NCBI GenBank assembly: GCA_965198115.1
Contig: OZ240241.1
Coordinates: 5,152,001 to 5,216,000 of the forward strand
Length of the DNA: 64,000 bases
From: Candidatus Latescibacterota bacterium
GTDB taxonomy: Bacteria > Latescibacterota > UBA2968
Direction of reading: 5' to 3'
Made by a program: the position numbers and the translations under genes. A model generated the notes under the pieces. The model did no database searches. It saw only the letters and a program-made list of their open reading frames with translations, and had not been told where the DNA came from. Shown piece by piece: positions 20,027 to 30,303 of the stretch (its first letter is position 1; every line of letters begins with the position of its first letter).

Positions 20027-21478
20027 TTAAAGCGCCTTCGGGTAGAGCCCGTATTCGATCTTGATCTCCACGTCCTCGATCACGACTCCTCCCCCAAGAC
20101 CTTCGGGTCGCTCGTGCAAGCATATGGTCAACAGGTTCGCTCCTTGCTTTGGTCGAGATGCATCAAGCGCGAACTCCAACAATTGTCCGGCATAGGGGTC
20201 TCTCGTTCGAATCGAACTACGACGGCACGACCCTGGCTGCAGAGGGTTGCCGTTCAGCGCGATCTCGAGCTGGTCGCGCGATACGAGATTACTGACGGCG
20301 ACTCTCAGTAGGATACTCCGAATGTGGTCGTTCGTCGGATCATCGGCGATCGAAAAAGGCACCTCGTAAACGCGTCCGGGCTCGGCATTCGGGATTTCCA
20401 GAGGAAGATGTGCAGGATAATCATATTCCTTGGCATCCTCGCATCGTCGTCGGAGAAAGTAATGTTTGTCCGTCCCCCCGATGCGCCCGGGATCACCCAA
20501 TTCGGTCAGCGTGCTGCGCTCGGTGTCGCCCAAAGGCCACGGCAGAAACCATGTGTAAAGCCCATCGACATCGAGCGCCCATAGGTTGGCCGCGGCAGCG
20601 CGCATCATTTCTGGCGACGCATTTTCCGGCCTATTGAAACGACGGCTCTCATTGTGTCGATAGGGCTGCAACATCGCATAGACCGACGCATCTACGTCGT
20701 GTGCGGCCTCGACGAGCCAGCCGATCGGCATGTTTGCATCCAGGATGAAATCCAGGTAGAGCATGGGAACGACAAAATCGACGAGCCCATCCTGCAGCCA
20801 CGTACCCACATCGAGTCCCGTCTTCAGGTTCAGCGCTTCGGTCGGATACACGCGCGCACCGACCTGAGCCGGACTGCCCTGCCCGCCACGAATCCTCTTC
20901 GAGGCCTCACGAACGAAATCGGTCATCAACTCCGTGTTGGCGGCCATATCGTCCGGCTTCAGCCAGAAGGGGCTGCCCCCTGGGGATGCCGCGAAGTCCA
21001 ACTCGACGCCTTCGACCTCATACTTCGTCCCGAGCTCTTCCACGACAGACAGCTGATGGCCACGCACCTCCTGATGGAGGAAGCCGCCGCCACCGTTCGT
21101 GACCGCGTGGTCGGCATCCATTCCCCCGTAGGCGCCCATCCGGAGGCTCGCGATGAAATCCATGCCTTTTTCGTGCGCCCTGTCGATCAGCACGGTCAAC
21201 GGATCGAGCCCACGCTGAATCAGGCTCTGCATGTTGTGCCACGTTCGCCATTCGTGCGACCGCTCCGGGGTCTCCAAATCTTCACAGAATTGTAGACCGA
21301 CCTTGGAAGGGTAGAACAGGCCGTCCGCTCTCGAGACGCCATAGGCGAACGTATCCACCGCTGTATCCGCCACTTCATCCACAGGCACCCACGCATCCTC
21401 CATCCTCATCGGCGGTTCGAAGACGAAGAGGTAGTAGTGACGCGCGTCGTTGAAATAGATCGTTCGTCGTTTTCGCAT
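20027..21478 (-). CDS. Glycoside-hydrolase-like TIM-barrel protein (GHL10-like)
   Basis: Motifs IYFND, YPSKVG, DPL..LIDRAHEKGM..IASLRM, Y.VEGVELDF and GLDV.TW...GLVD. Confidence 0.55.
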   Translation of the reverse strand: MRKRRTIYFNDARHYYLFVFEPPMRMEDAWVPVDEVADTAVDTFAYGVSRADGLFYPSKVGLQFCEDLETPERSHEWRTWHNMQSLIQRGLDPLTVLIDRAHEKGMDFIASLRMGAYGGMDADHAVTNGGGGFLHQEVRGHQLSVVEELGTKYEVEGVELDFAASPGGSPFWLKPDDMAANTELMTDFVREASKRIRGGQGSPAQVGARVYPTEALNLKTGLDVGTWLQDGLVDFVVPMLYLDFILDANMPIGWLVEAAHDVDASVYAMLQPYRHNESRRFNRPENASPEMMRAAAANLWALDVDGLYTWFLPWPLGDTERSTLTELGDPGRIGGTDKHYFLRRRCEDAKEYDYPAHLPLEIPNAEPGRVYEVPFSIADDPTNDHIRSILLRVAVSNLVSRDQLEIALNGNPLQPGSCRRSSIRTRDPYAGQLLEFALDASRPKQGANLLTICLHERPEGLGGGVVIEDVEIKIEYGLYPKAL

Positions 21479-21511
21479 AGGGAGGTCCCTTTAGCTTCCC
21501 GGCACAATCAT

Positions 21512-21745
21512 CCTGGTTCCCAGGCTCTGCCTGGGAACACCCCACAGAAGGAAGGCGCCACTCTTGCCCCCGTGCTCAGCACGGGGGCGCTCGGTTGTGA
21601 ATCCAGATTCTCTGTCCCCGTGCAACCACAGTGAAGAGCACGGGAGGCCGGCGTGACGGTGTTAGATTCTCTGTCACCGTGCAGGGCACGGGGACGAGCG
21701 TACGCCGTGGCACTTAAGCATTCCAGGGCGGAGCCCCGGAACGAG
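21512..21745. repeat. Nested palindromic REP-like cluster, family A
   Basis: GTTCCCAGGCTCTGCCTGGGAAC ... CCCCCGTGCTCAGCACGGGGG ... CCGTGCAGGGCACGGGGACGAG ... TTCCAGGGCGGAGCCCCGGAACGAG. Confidence 0.75.
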
Positions 21746-21801
21746 GTGTTGCAGTGTTTCTCGCTGCGCTCTCTGCGTCCTCTGCGTTGAAAGGGGTTTC
21801 C

Positions 21802-23124
21802 CTATGGCCTCGCCGGGTCGTGCGCCCGTGGCAGGAAAGGATTGTCCGCGGGTTCCTGGCCCCCGTAGAACCAACTGAGCGGCAAAACTTTCAGCTTCTG
21901 GTTGAAGCCACCTTCTTTCCGACTGCTCAGAACCATTTCCGCCCGGTCGGGATGGTGTTCGTAGACCGAATAGGTGTGGGCGATCAACACCCTGTCATCC
22001 ATTACAAAGACGGATGGATATGACCAGCGACCGTGGAAATCGACTTGGCGAACGTGTTCGACCTCGCGCTCGGGCGCCGGAAAGCCCGGATCGAAGTAGA
22101 CCTCGGCTGGGCGCAGCGGCCGAATCGGCCCCGGCTCGACTCGCGTCTCCTCGTGCATGGACTCGACGTTCTGGAAGAATTCCCAGATCCCACCACCGTT
22201 CCGGCTGACGGCCGACGAGATACGCGTTCGGTTGTATCCTCGCTTCACGTCTACTTCGGATTCCTGATTCCAAACGACCAGCAGATGTCCATTGCGCAGA
22301 GTTCTGATCTGTGCCGGCGTCGTCGAGGCTGCCAGTGCCGTGGGTTGTGGTCTCGTCCACGTCTCTCCATTGTCATCCGACCAGGCCTGGAACAGCCGTC
22401 CAAGTCCGGTTCGCATCGTCATCAGGAGTCTGCCGGGAACGACTTCCGTCACGGACGGCTCGTTGGTGTAGCTGTAGCTCGCGTTCCAGTCGTTCAGGAT
22501 GATGAGCTCGCCATCCTTGTTCTGCTCCCACGTGCGGCCCTCGTCATCCGAATAGCACACGTAAGAGCAGGAGAAGTGAGGGTCGAAAAAATGCGCAGCC
22601 GTCCCAACCCACTGGCCGTTCACGAGTTTGCCGGTTGAGGGAGATGCGGCGTCGTTCAGGCTGGATGCTTGACCCATACTCGTGTAAACGGGAAGAATGA
22701 TCCGGCCGGATGTCGTTCGGAGAAGCACATCCTGGTAGGCATAGGTCCGGACCGCCGGAGATGTCACCTCAACAGGTGGCTCCCAGGTCTGACCACCGTC
22801 TTCGGAACGCCAGAACAGAAGGTGCGTGTTCTTCTGGGACGGCACGCGTCCCGTAGGCGATCTCCACATCGCAGCAAGCCCGACACCGCCCTCAGACAGC
22901 CTGACGAGAGACGTCCCACCCCCACCGACGGGATTTCCCTCCGTGTCGCTGCACTCGAAAGGCTCGGACCACGTCAGCCCGCCATCTTTGGACGTGGTAA
23001 AGGTCGTTCCCGCAGCGTGCAAGATCCGGCCGTCGTCCAGTTCAACGAACGTCGAGGAATGGAAGTAGGTCGTCTCGTGAACGGCCAGAGCCTCTTCCGG
23101 CCGCGTCATTGGAACGTTGCTCAT
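21802..23124 (-). CDS. BNR/Asp-box sialidase-like protein
   Basis: Five Asp-boxes (SKDGGLTW, SEDGGQTW, SDDEGRTW, SDDNGETW, SRNGGGIW) and a SYPS motif. Confidence 0.8.
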   Translation of the reverse strand: MSNVPMTRPEEALAVHETTYFHSSTFVELDDGRILHAAGTTFTTSKDGGLTWSEPFECSDTEGNPVGGGGTSLVRLSEGGVGLAAMWRSPTGRVPSQKNTHLLFWRSEDGGQTWEPPVEVTSPAVRTYAYQDVLLRTTSGRIILPVYTSMGQASSLNDAASPSTGKLVNGQWVGTAAHFFDPHFSCSYVCYSDDEGRTWEQNKDGELIILNDWNASYSYTNEPSVTEVVPGRLLMTMRTGLGRLFQAWSDDNGETWTRPQPTALAASTTPAQIRTLRNGHLLVVWNQESEVDVKRGYNRTRISSAVSRNGGGIWEFFQNVESMHEETRVEPGPIRPLRPAEVYFDPGFPAPEREVEHVRQVDFHGRWSYPSVFVMDDRVLIAHTYSVYEHHPDRAEMVLSSRKEGGFNQKLKVLPLSWFYGGQEPADNPFLPRAHDPARP

Positions 23125-23265
23125 TGAACACCTTCGCTTTCAGCCTTCAGGAATCCCGTTGCCTTCAGGTCACCGGGGAGGCAAAATACGGGCGTTCCAG
23201 CCGCCGGGCACGACAAATTGGATCACACCACTCCGACAGCCTTAAAAGAGAAACCGAGGAAGACC

Positions 23266-24033
23266 ATGCAGACCAACCGAGTACGTCAGAAGGTACGCGC
23301 CGGACAGCCCACGATAGGCAGCTTTCTCGGATTGGGAAGCCCGAACGTGGCGGAATTGATGGCCCACGCGGGGTTCGACTGGCTCGTCATCGAGACGGAG
23401 CACAACAGCCTGGACTCGGCCGAAATCGAGCACATGCTCATGGCCATCAGCGGGACGAGCACGGTCCCGCTCGTGAGGGTACCCTCTTCGAACCACGTCT
23501 ACATCCAGCGGGCGCTGGACATGGGAGCAATGGGGATCGTCGTGCCGTTCGTGAAAACACCCGAGGAAGCGGAGGCGATTGTAAGCGCGACACGATTCCC
23601 CCCTGAAGGCACGCGAAGTTGGGGGCCGCTCCGAGCATCGAACTACACGTTCGACAATGAAGACTATCTCAGACGGGCGAACGACAACATGCTCGTCGTC
23701 CTCATCCTGGAGGCGAAAGAAGCCGTCGAGAATCTCGAAAGCATTGCGGCCGTTCCCGGCGTCGACGTCCTCAACATCGGCCCGTGGGACCTCTCATTGT
23801 CTCTCGGCCTGGACCCACTAAAGCTGCCTTTGCCTGAAGTCGACGCCATCACCGATCGCGCGATCGAAATCGGGCGAAAGCACGGCACGGTAGTGGGCTC
23901 CGGATGCGGACGACCCGAGGATATCTCCGGCTTAATCGAGAAGGGCATCCGATTCGTCACCTATGGCCCCGACTACGGGCTCCTGACCAATGCGGCACGG
24001 GCCGCGATCGACGCGTTCAGCCAGGCAACGTAA
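23266..24033 (+). CDS. HpcH/HpaI class II aldolase family
   Basis: Motifs AGFDWLVIETEH, PLVRVP, ALDMGAMG, E..EAVENL..I and IGP.DLS. Confidence 0.9.
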   Translation: MQTNRVRQKVRAGQPTIGSFLGLGSPNVAELMAHAGFDWLVIETEHNSLDSAEIEHMLMAISGTSTVPLVRVPSSNHVYIQRALDMGAMGIVVPFVKTPEEAEAIVSATRFPPEGTRSWGPLRASNYTFDNEDYLRRANDNMLVVLILEAKEAVENLESIAAVPGVDVLNIGPWDLSLSLGLDPLKLPLPEVDAITDRAIEIGRKHGTVVGSGCGRPEDISGLIEKGIRFVTYGPDYGLLTNAARAAIDAFSQAT

Positions 24034-24080
24034 GATGCGACCGGTCTGCCGGCCCCGGGCTCCCGCCCGGGCCCATTCAA

Positions 24081-24258
24081 GTTGCGAGACGCTCCGCTCT
24101 CCCCCGTGCTCCGCACGGGGGCACATTAATGTCCAAATGCTACCACAAGATTTCACTTCGGTGATCCTGCTCGATTCGCCAAAGTGTCCCCGTGCGGAGC
24201 ACGGGGACGAGCGAAGGTGGTGGTATTTGGACGTTGCGGGGCAGAGCCCCGCAACGAG
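24081..24258. repeat. Nested palindromic REP-like cluster, family A
   Basis: CCCCCGTGCTCCGCACGGGGG ... TGTCCCCGTGCGGAGCACGGGGACGAG ... GCGGGGCAGAGCCCCGCAACGAG. Confidence 0.75.
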
Positions 24259-24296
24259 GCCCCTAACTATCTTCGATGGCACGAGAACATTGTTCG

Positions 24297-25319
24297 TCAA
24301 AACCGATTGCCCTCATTCCGATCGAACGGTGTCTCGACACCCATCTCCTCAGCCAGCTTCCGTAGCCGATCTTCGTGGTCAGGCCTGACGGGAATACCAG
24401 CCTCCCGGTTGTCCCTTTCCCACTCCCACTCGACCCCACCTGCCAGATCTGCGCGGTCCTGACCGGCCAGCGGTTTGGTCGATCGTGCCTCACCGATGAA
24501 TCGATCCATCTCCGTCTTGAACTCGGTGACGTCCCCGAAACGCTTCACATCGAATACCGAGATGAAAGCTCCCTGATGAGCAGCAGCATACTCGCCTTCA
24601 CCCGAGTACTCGAACCCCTCGCTCCAGATTCCGGCAAGGATTCCTCCGAGAACCTGGAAGACCGTCCCCAGGCCAAGAGCCTTGAAGAACGTCGTCGGAA
24701 ACATCTTCATCAGATCTTCGTCGTGTCGCAAGAACGACGCTGACATGTCCAGAACGAGAGGCGGTTGCTCGCCCGAAGGAATCGCGATGCTCATGGGCGA
24801 CCCACCCGACGCGCTCATCACGGTCGCCTCCGGGTTCGGACGGTATCTATGTGAGGAAATCGCCAGTCCGATGCAATCGTGGGGCAACGCCATCCTCGAG
24901 TAGTTCCCCGCAGCCCCAAAGTGGAAATGATTCCGCGTTGTGACCGTCGCAGAACCCACATCGAGCGCTTTTTCGATCGCGATCTCCGTCCCACGATGGG
25001 AAGCGAAGTAGCCCAACCCACCATCACCATCGACCACCGCCGTGGCCGGCGACTCGGACACGATTGAAACGTCGGGGTTCGGGTTCGCCTTCCCTTCCCG
25101 GATCTGAGGTACATAGCCGCTGACCTGCTGAGTTCCGTGACTGAACACACATCTGAGATCGTTCGCCGTGAGCGTAACAGCCATGTGGTCGGCGCGATCG
25201 TCCGAAACACCCACGGACTGGAAAAGGGCACAAATGAACGTTTCCATTTCATCGACCGGGATGCGGATTCCGGTGGTCGGGAGAATGTTTCGGCGACCGG
25301 TGTCCGGGCGGGCTTTCAT
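24297..25319 (-). CDS. Type 2 malate/L-lactate dehydrogenase (Ldh_2) family oxidoreductase
   Basis: Motifs DLR...SHG, VDGDGGLG, N..HFGAAG.Y and PLVLDMS. Confidence 0.85.
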   Translation of the reverse strand: MKARPDTGRRNILPTTGIRIPVDEMETFICALFQSVGVSDDRADHMAVTLTANDLRCVFSHGTQQVSGYVPQIREGKANPNPDVSIVSESPATAVVDGDGGLGYFASHRGTEIAIEKALDVGSATVTTRNHFHFGAAGNYSRMALPHDCIGLAISSHRYRPNPEATVMSASGGSPMSIAIPSGEQPPLVLDMSASFLRHDEDLMKMFPTTFFKALGLGTVFQVLGGILAGIWSEGFEYSGEGEYAAAHQGAFISVFDVKRFGDVTEFKTEMDRFIGEARSTKPLAGQDRADLAGGVEWEWERDNREAGIPVRPDHEDRLRKLAEEMGVETPFDRNEGNRF

Positions 25320-25340
25320 CGGGATGCCTCCGTGTTAAGT

Positions 25341-25375
25341 GGTGTTCGGTGTTCGGTGTTCGGTGTTCGGTGTTC
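25341..25375. repeat. Heptamer tandem repeat (GGTGTTC)x5
   Basis: Read directly from the sequence, in an intergenic position. Confidence 0.9.
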
Positions 25376-25411
25376 AGAAAAACAGAAGGTCTTCAAGAGT
25401 CGTGAATCAAA

Positions 25412-26152
25412 TCATCCTTCTTTCAAGAAGTCATGGAAAATCTCCGCGTAGCCTTCGGTGTAGTCCATCTCCAGGTAATAGGCCCCGAGGTATTCACGCG
25501 GAACGAAGTCAGAGAGATCGTAAGTCGGCGTCGGGTTGAACTGCACCACACCGTCTCCGGCGCGGCATTCGTGCACGATTACATCGGTCGTCACATTCGA
25601 TGCATCCACGATCTGCATCACATCCGCCCCTTTCCCGTCCGCACGGGGAATCACTTTCAACCTCAAAGACGGCTGAAGCTTCAGCATCTCCTCGGCTGAT
25701 GCTTCCCGATGCATCGTCGATCGCACGCTCATCATGGAGGTTCCTGCCAGGTACGTGTCCGTCACCATCACTCGCTCTTCCATCCTGACATCCATCTCCG
25801 CAAACACCTTGGGCGTGCCGTAAATCTCACGTCCCGCCGGTATGCTCGACCGGGAGTTCAGAAATACGGCCGGCGCAAAGAAGACCTCATTACCCTCATA
25901 CTGACACTTCACCACCAGAACGCTCTCGTCGAACGCCCCGTAGTTTGCCGACCACGGGACGGTCAACCCGATCGCCGCACAGAAGCCATCCTCCGACGGC
26001 TCGAAGCACGCCGGCAGAACGCGATCGACTGCCGACACGTCCGCCCGAAAGTAGACGTACTGAAAGCGTGCATGCCTATACCGTGCCGGCGGCATCGGAT
26101 AGTACGGAGAGAACGCTGGCATGTTCACGATCTGATCAAGGGGAATTGACAT
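25412..26152 (-). CDS. Acetoacetate decarboxylase (ADC) family protein
   Basis: GREIYGTPK motif with the Schiff-base Lys, and LKVIPRADG. Confidence 0.85.
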   Translation of the reverse strand: MSIPLDQIVNMPAFSPYYPMPPARYRHARFQYVYFRADVSAVDRVLPACFEPSEDGFCAAIGLTVPWSANYGAFDESVLVVKCQYEGNEVFFAPAVFLNSRSSIPAGREIYGTPKVFAEMDVRMEERVMVTDTYLAGTSMMSVRSTMHREASAEEMLKLQPSLRLKVIPRADGKGADVMQIVDASNVTTDVIVHECRAGDGVVQFNPTPTYDLSDFVPREYLGAYYLEMDYTEGYAEIFHDFLKEG

Positions 26153-26241
26153 CGGGATTCCTTGGAAAGTGGTTTGTCTTATCGCAACAGTGGGCCGTGG
26201 AGTTACTACGTGTGAGACGAAAGCCCTTGCGTGTGAAGAGT

Positions 26242-26337
26242 AATGTCACCCCGGTACGCTTCCTGGCCGGGCTCCATCTGCCCCTTTCGCAAAGAAGAAA
26301 AATGGATCCCGGCTCAAAAGCACACCGGGATGACATT
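26242..26337. repeat. Family B element copy 3
   Basis: AATGTCACCCCGG...GCCGGG...ATGGATCCCGGC...CCGGGATGACATT, with terminal inverted repeats. Confidence 0.78.
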
Positions 26338-26459
26338 GGTTTTCGTGCTGACTCAAGACCTTTGGCTACGCACCTGGACCAAGGGGTCAGGTCTGCGTCA
26401 GACACCACTAACCCTCACTGTCCTCAGTGATCTCAGTGGCGCTTTTCTCTCTGTCACCC

Positions 26460-28414
26460 CTACCAATCGGAAATCGGGACGTTGTGACCTTCTCCGTAAA
26501 ACCAGATCCAATCCACGACCCACCCGATGCTGGCGCCCATAAAATGCCCCAGCACGATGCCGATGAAGAAGGGCCGAGCGGCCCGATAGCCCTGAATCCC
26601 GCCCATCCGAACGATGAGAGCCTTCATCAACCAGACAGCAAAGTAGGGAAGGATCATATCCCGGGTCGGGTAGACCTGACCGGCCGCGAACCCGACCGGG
26701 TGAAACGGAAAGGCGGGAAAACGGTATCGAATGAACATCAGTAGCCCCGTCGCCGTCGCCCCGATGCCCATGAAGAGAATGGGCTTCCATCGAGGCCCGA
26801 CGGGATTCTTGGATTTCTCGACCAGATCGTTCCACGTGTCGCCGCCCGTGAAAAAGCCGCCCAGATTCGCCGCTCCACCTTCGTATCCCAGGTAAATGAT
26901 GAAGGCAAAGGTTGAAAGAATGCCCGTCACCATTGCGATCAGCAGCGGCCAAATCAGCTTCCGGCGATTGGTGTGCAATGTTTCAAAAAGGCGAGTTCCG
27001 TGGGTCAAAGCGGGCATGATGGTCGTTTTCATGTCACTGCACCAAACGTAGGAGAGCGCGACCGAGACCATCGTCGGCTGCGTGAGCCCTGCTGTACCCG
27101 TCAGGACCATCGCGAACGATTGTGGCATCAGCGCGGCCCGCAAGGAAACCGTGCCCGCTTCCGCTACGATGCGCGTGATCCCCAGATACAGCATCAGGAC
27201 ACCGAACATGAACAGGGGGAGGAATTTCGACTCCATGCCATTCGCATAATGCCAGGCCGCCAGGTAAAGACCCGACGCGATGAAACCGAAAACAACCACT
27301 CGATAGGACAGAATCTCATCCGAATCGTCCACTCGACTGTCGTTTCTGAAGGCTTTTCGAAACACGGCTTTCAAGTGTTCCCTTCCCATCCAGAACCCGA
27401 CCATGAGAAACGTGATGATCCCACCCATGGCCTGAGCTCCGATCGCCAGAGGCGCCGTATTGTGGAACGCGGAGAATTCTGTCTTGAATCCGTATCTGTT
27501 GAGCAGACCGATCTCCAGCGTCGTCATCAGGTTGAAGAACCAAAGACTGAACAGGAGATCCGCCTTGATGAAGTATCCGAACCCGAAGACGACGGGATAG
27601 AGCTTCGTCTGGAGTAGCGGGAACTGGGGCCCGAATTGAATGTCAGGCAATCGCCAAGGGATGGCAGGGAACGTGGGAGTGAAATACGAGATGATGTTCC
27701 AGAGGATGATGAACATCGGGATGGAGAACCCGAGCCAGAAGACCGGTCGGTTCATCACCGGTACTCGAAAGAACCCCGTCTCCTCCGGCGCCTCCACAAT
27801 GGCCAGGGGCAGCTCCATCAACGGATAGGCGATCCGTTCGTTCACCACCCACTGCTTGCGCAGGATCACCGTCAGACAGAGGCTGAATCCGTAGAGCGCG
27901 GCGATGACCGTGCACCACCAGAACACGGGGACGATCCAGAAGTCCCACGGAATCGACGCGCCCAAAGGCATGCCTTCGTAGAACCAGCGGAGCGCTTGTC
28001 CTTCGGGTAGAACCAGGTAGGATGGGAGATAAGGATCGAAGTGGGCGGCCCACTGGTTTTCCGACGATGCCAGATAATGAGGCACGGCAAAGTTGCCGAT
28101 GAGCTTCCCGAGAAAGTAGGTAGGCATCGTGGACCCGATCAGCGGTCCACAGAAGATCACGATCAGCTCGCCACGAGTCAGTTTGATTGGGCGGGCCAGG
28201 AACAGGACAATCAGTGCCAGCGGGAAGAGGGCCGCCATTGACAGGTGGTTCTGGTCCAACCGGGTTGTGTGCAGAACCAGCCGGCCATAGAACCCGCCGA
28301 CGGTTGCCAGGACTGCGAGCACCGTACCGATCGACACCGACCGGAACGTAACAGCTGGGTCGAGAGCTCGGTCGTTGGCTCCGGATACCGGGCCGCTGTC
28401 TGGTCACCATTCAT
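26460..28414 (-). CDS. Large polytopic membrane protein, DUF6785/DUF6784-like (putative transporter)
   Basis: Motifs L.R.EL..I, IPW..W..P, ILRKQW...ER..YPL, HPVGF and G...YR.ARPFF.G...G. Probable 1-bp frameshift near 28357 joins MNGDQ... to AVTFRSVSIG. Confidence 0.65.
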
Positions 28415-28435
28415 AGGATTCAGCCGGATACCAAA

Positions 28436-28501
28436 GGAGACTTCCGAGTAGCGAGTGATGAGTGTTGATCTGCGTTTGGAATCCGCTATTCGGAACTCTC
28501 C
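28436..28501. repeat. Stem-loop repeat, family C copy 1
   Basis: GGAGACTTCCGAGTAGCG...TGAGTGTTGATCTGCGTT...CGCTATTCGGAACTCTCC. Homolog at 47144. Confidence 0.65.
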
Positions 28502-28910
28502 ACTTCCGTCACGGTCTTTTTGACTTATCATGCCGACGCATTCGGATCCCTTCGCTTAAAGCCTCTGAAGGAGTACGCACACGATGGCTTCCCGTTTTCT
28601 TCCCTTCACGCAAACGGACCCTTCCGACACCGCCACGGCACTCGCCGCTCGATTCGCAGAGGACGGATACCTCTTCGTCAAGAGCTTGATCGACAAACCG
28701 AAGATCGATCGGATCAGCGAGCGCATCACTGAGGAACTGAAGGCTCACGGCTTCGTCACTCCAGACAGCACCTCCATCCCGATCTGGACCGGCAAGGCCC
28801 CCGAGTCCGATGACGTTCTTCCTGAAGGACCGATCATCACCGCCATCGCCGAGACTGGCGTGCTGAGCGACCTGTCCCGCTCGCCCGAGCTCATCGTGCT
28901 TCTTAAAAAA

Positions 28911-30294
28911 GGCTATATCCGGATCTCTCAACGAGATGAAGTGGGTGAAGGTGCCGTGGTTCCTGGCATGGGGGCGCGGTTAGAGTGTGCGGAACCTCTT
29001 CGGAATCTGCTCAGGGATGTTTATGTCTCCGACGGTAAGGAAGATCATATCGTTGAATGCGTCGAGTGTGCGGAATCCGCTGGCTCGGTTCTTGACGATT
29101 TGGACGATTCGGTTGAGGCCTTCGGCGATGGCGTTGGTAAGACGCGTGTTCACGAATGCGAGGACGCCGAAGAAGTGCTGTCGCAGGGTCCTGACGAACT
29201 TTCGCAGGGGTTCAAGTCGACTTCTGAGTGCGGACGTCGTCCAGCATTTCAGGAAGCGTTCGGCAGCCCAGGGCGCTTTGTATTCCCAGAACTGCTCGAA
29301 CTCGTCCTTGAGTCTCCAGGCTCTATAGATTCGGTAGTTCGCCTTCTCCAGTGCTTTGAGTGTCCGAGTATCCCCTCTGGAGCGTGTCGCTGAGTGCCGG
29401 TAGAGGAGCCATCGGAGGCCCTTCATGGCTTTGCGCTCATCCGGGGCAGCTTTACGCCACTGGTCCTTACGGACCTCGTCAACGGCGGCATTGAGAGCCT
29501 TGACGATGTGAAAGCGATCGAGGACCAGCTTGGCATTCGGACAGTGTTCCTGGATGGCTCCGATGTAAGCTTCGCTCATGTCGCAGCAGGCCCACTCGAT
29601 CTTGGATCTCCGGTAGGGACTGAGAGCCTCTGTGAAGAACCGATCGATCGTTTTACGCGCCCTGCCGCGGCCAACCCACACCACGCAGGAGCGGTCCAGA
29701 TCGTAAACGAGCGTGGCGTACCTGTGACGCTTGGCGTAGGAGATCTCGTCGATCCCGATGGTTTTGAGCCCTCGGATACGATGACCTTCACGAAGCCGCG
29801 TGATGGATCGGTGAAGGAGATCCGACAGCGTCGAGGCAGAGATGCGCAGTAACTCGGACGCCGCCTTCTGCGTCATGGTCTGGCAGTAGCGCAACCGCTC
29901 CGCCCACGGAATCTCCTCGACCACACGACCGTGGGTAGGACACCGAATCTCCCGAGGATGGTAGAGAAGCCAGACCCTCCACCCGCACACCGGAATGTCA
30001 CGCCACCGACGCGGATGGGGCATTGTGCGGACGATTTTACCTCGACGGCCGCACTCCGGACAACAACAACCATTCTTATGTGGCTTTACGGCGATGACGA
30101 AACAGCTCCTCCCCTCAAACCACCAGCTGACAACACGGAACCCCTTGAATCTCAGCAGTTTCGATAGTAATCTGCTCCCGGTCATAGGTCGCACCCCCTT
30201 CGCTTTGATTGTCCTACACACACAACCAAGCGTAGGGAACGATCTATGACCTTGTCATTCTATAGTTTCACCGTTGAGAAACCCGGATAGAGCC
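28911..30294 (-). mobile_element. ISL3 copy 2 (1384 bp, 36-bp in-frame deletion in the transposase)
   Basis: Same IRs as copy 1. TSD TTAAAAAA at 28903-28910 and 30295-30302. ORF 28980-30221 lacks FSRVTYRFEYAM. Confidence 0.95.
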
Positions 30295-30303
30295 TTAAAA
30301 AAG

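Noticed and set aside
18350-26337. Recurrent palindromes as a CRISPR array
   Set aside because: Copies are degenerate, inverted in pairs and separated by whole genes. There is no constant repeat-spacer period and no cas gene.
18350-28500. Integron cassette array
   Set aside because: The repeats lack RYYYAAC/GTTRRRY attC ends, gene orientation is mixed, and no tyrosine integrase is present.
28584-29393. 269-aa ORF (and 30274-30786, 31761-32213) as real proteins
   Set aside because: These are read-through from the broken PhyH gene or from junctions into the antisense strand of ISL3.
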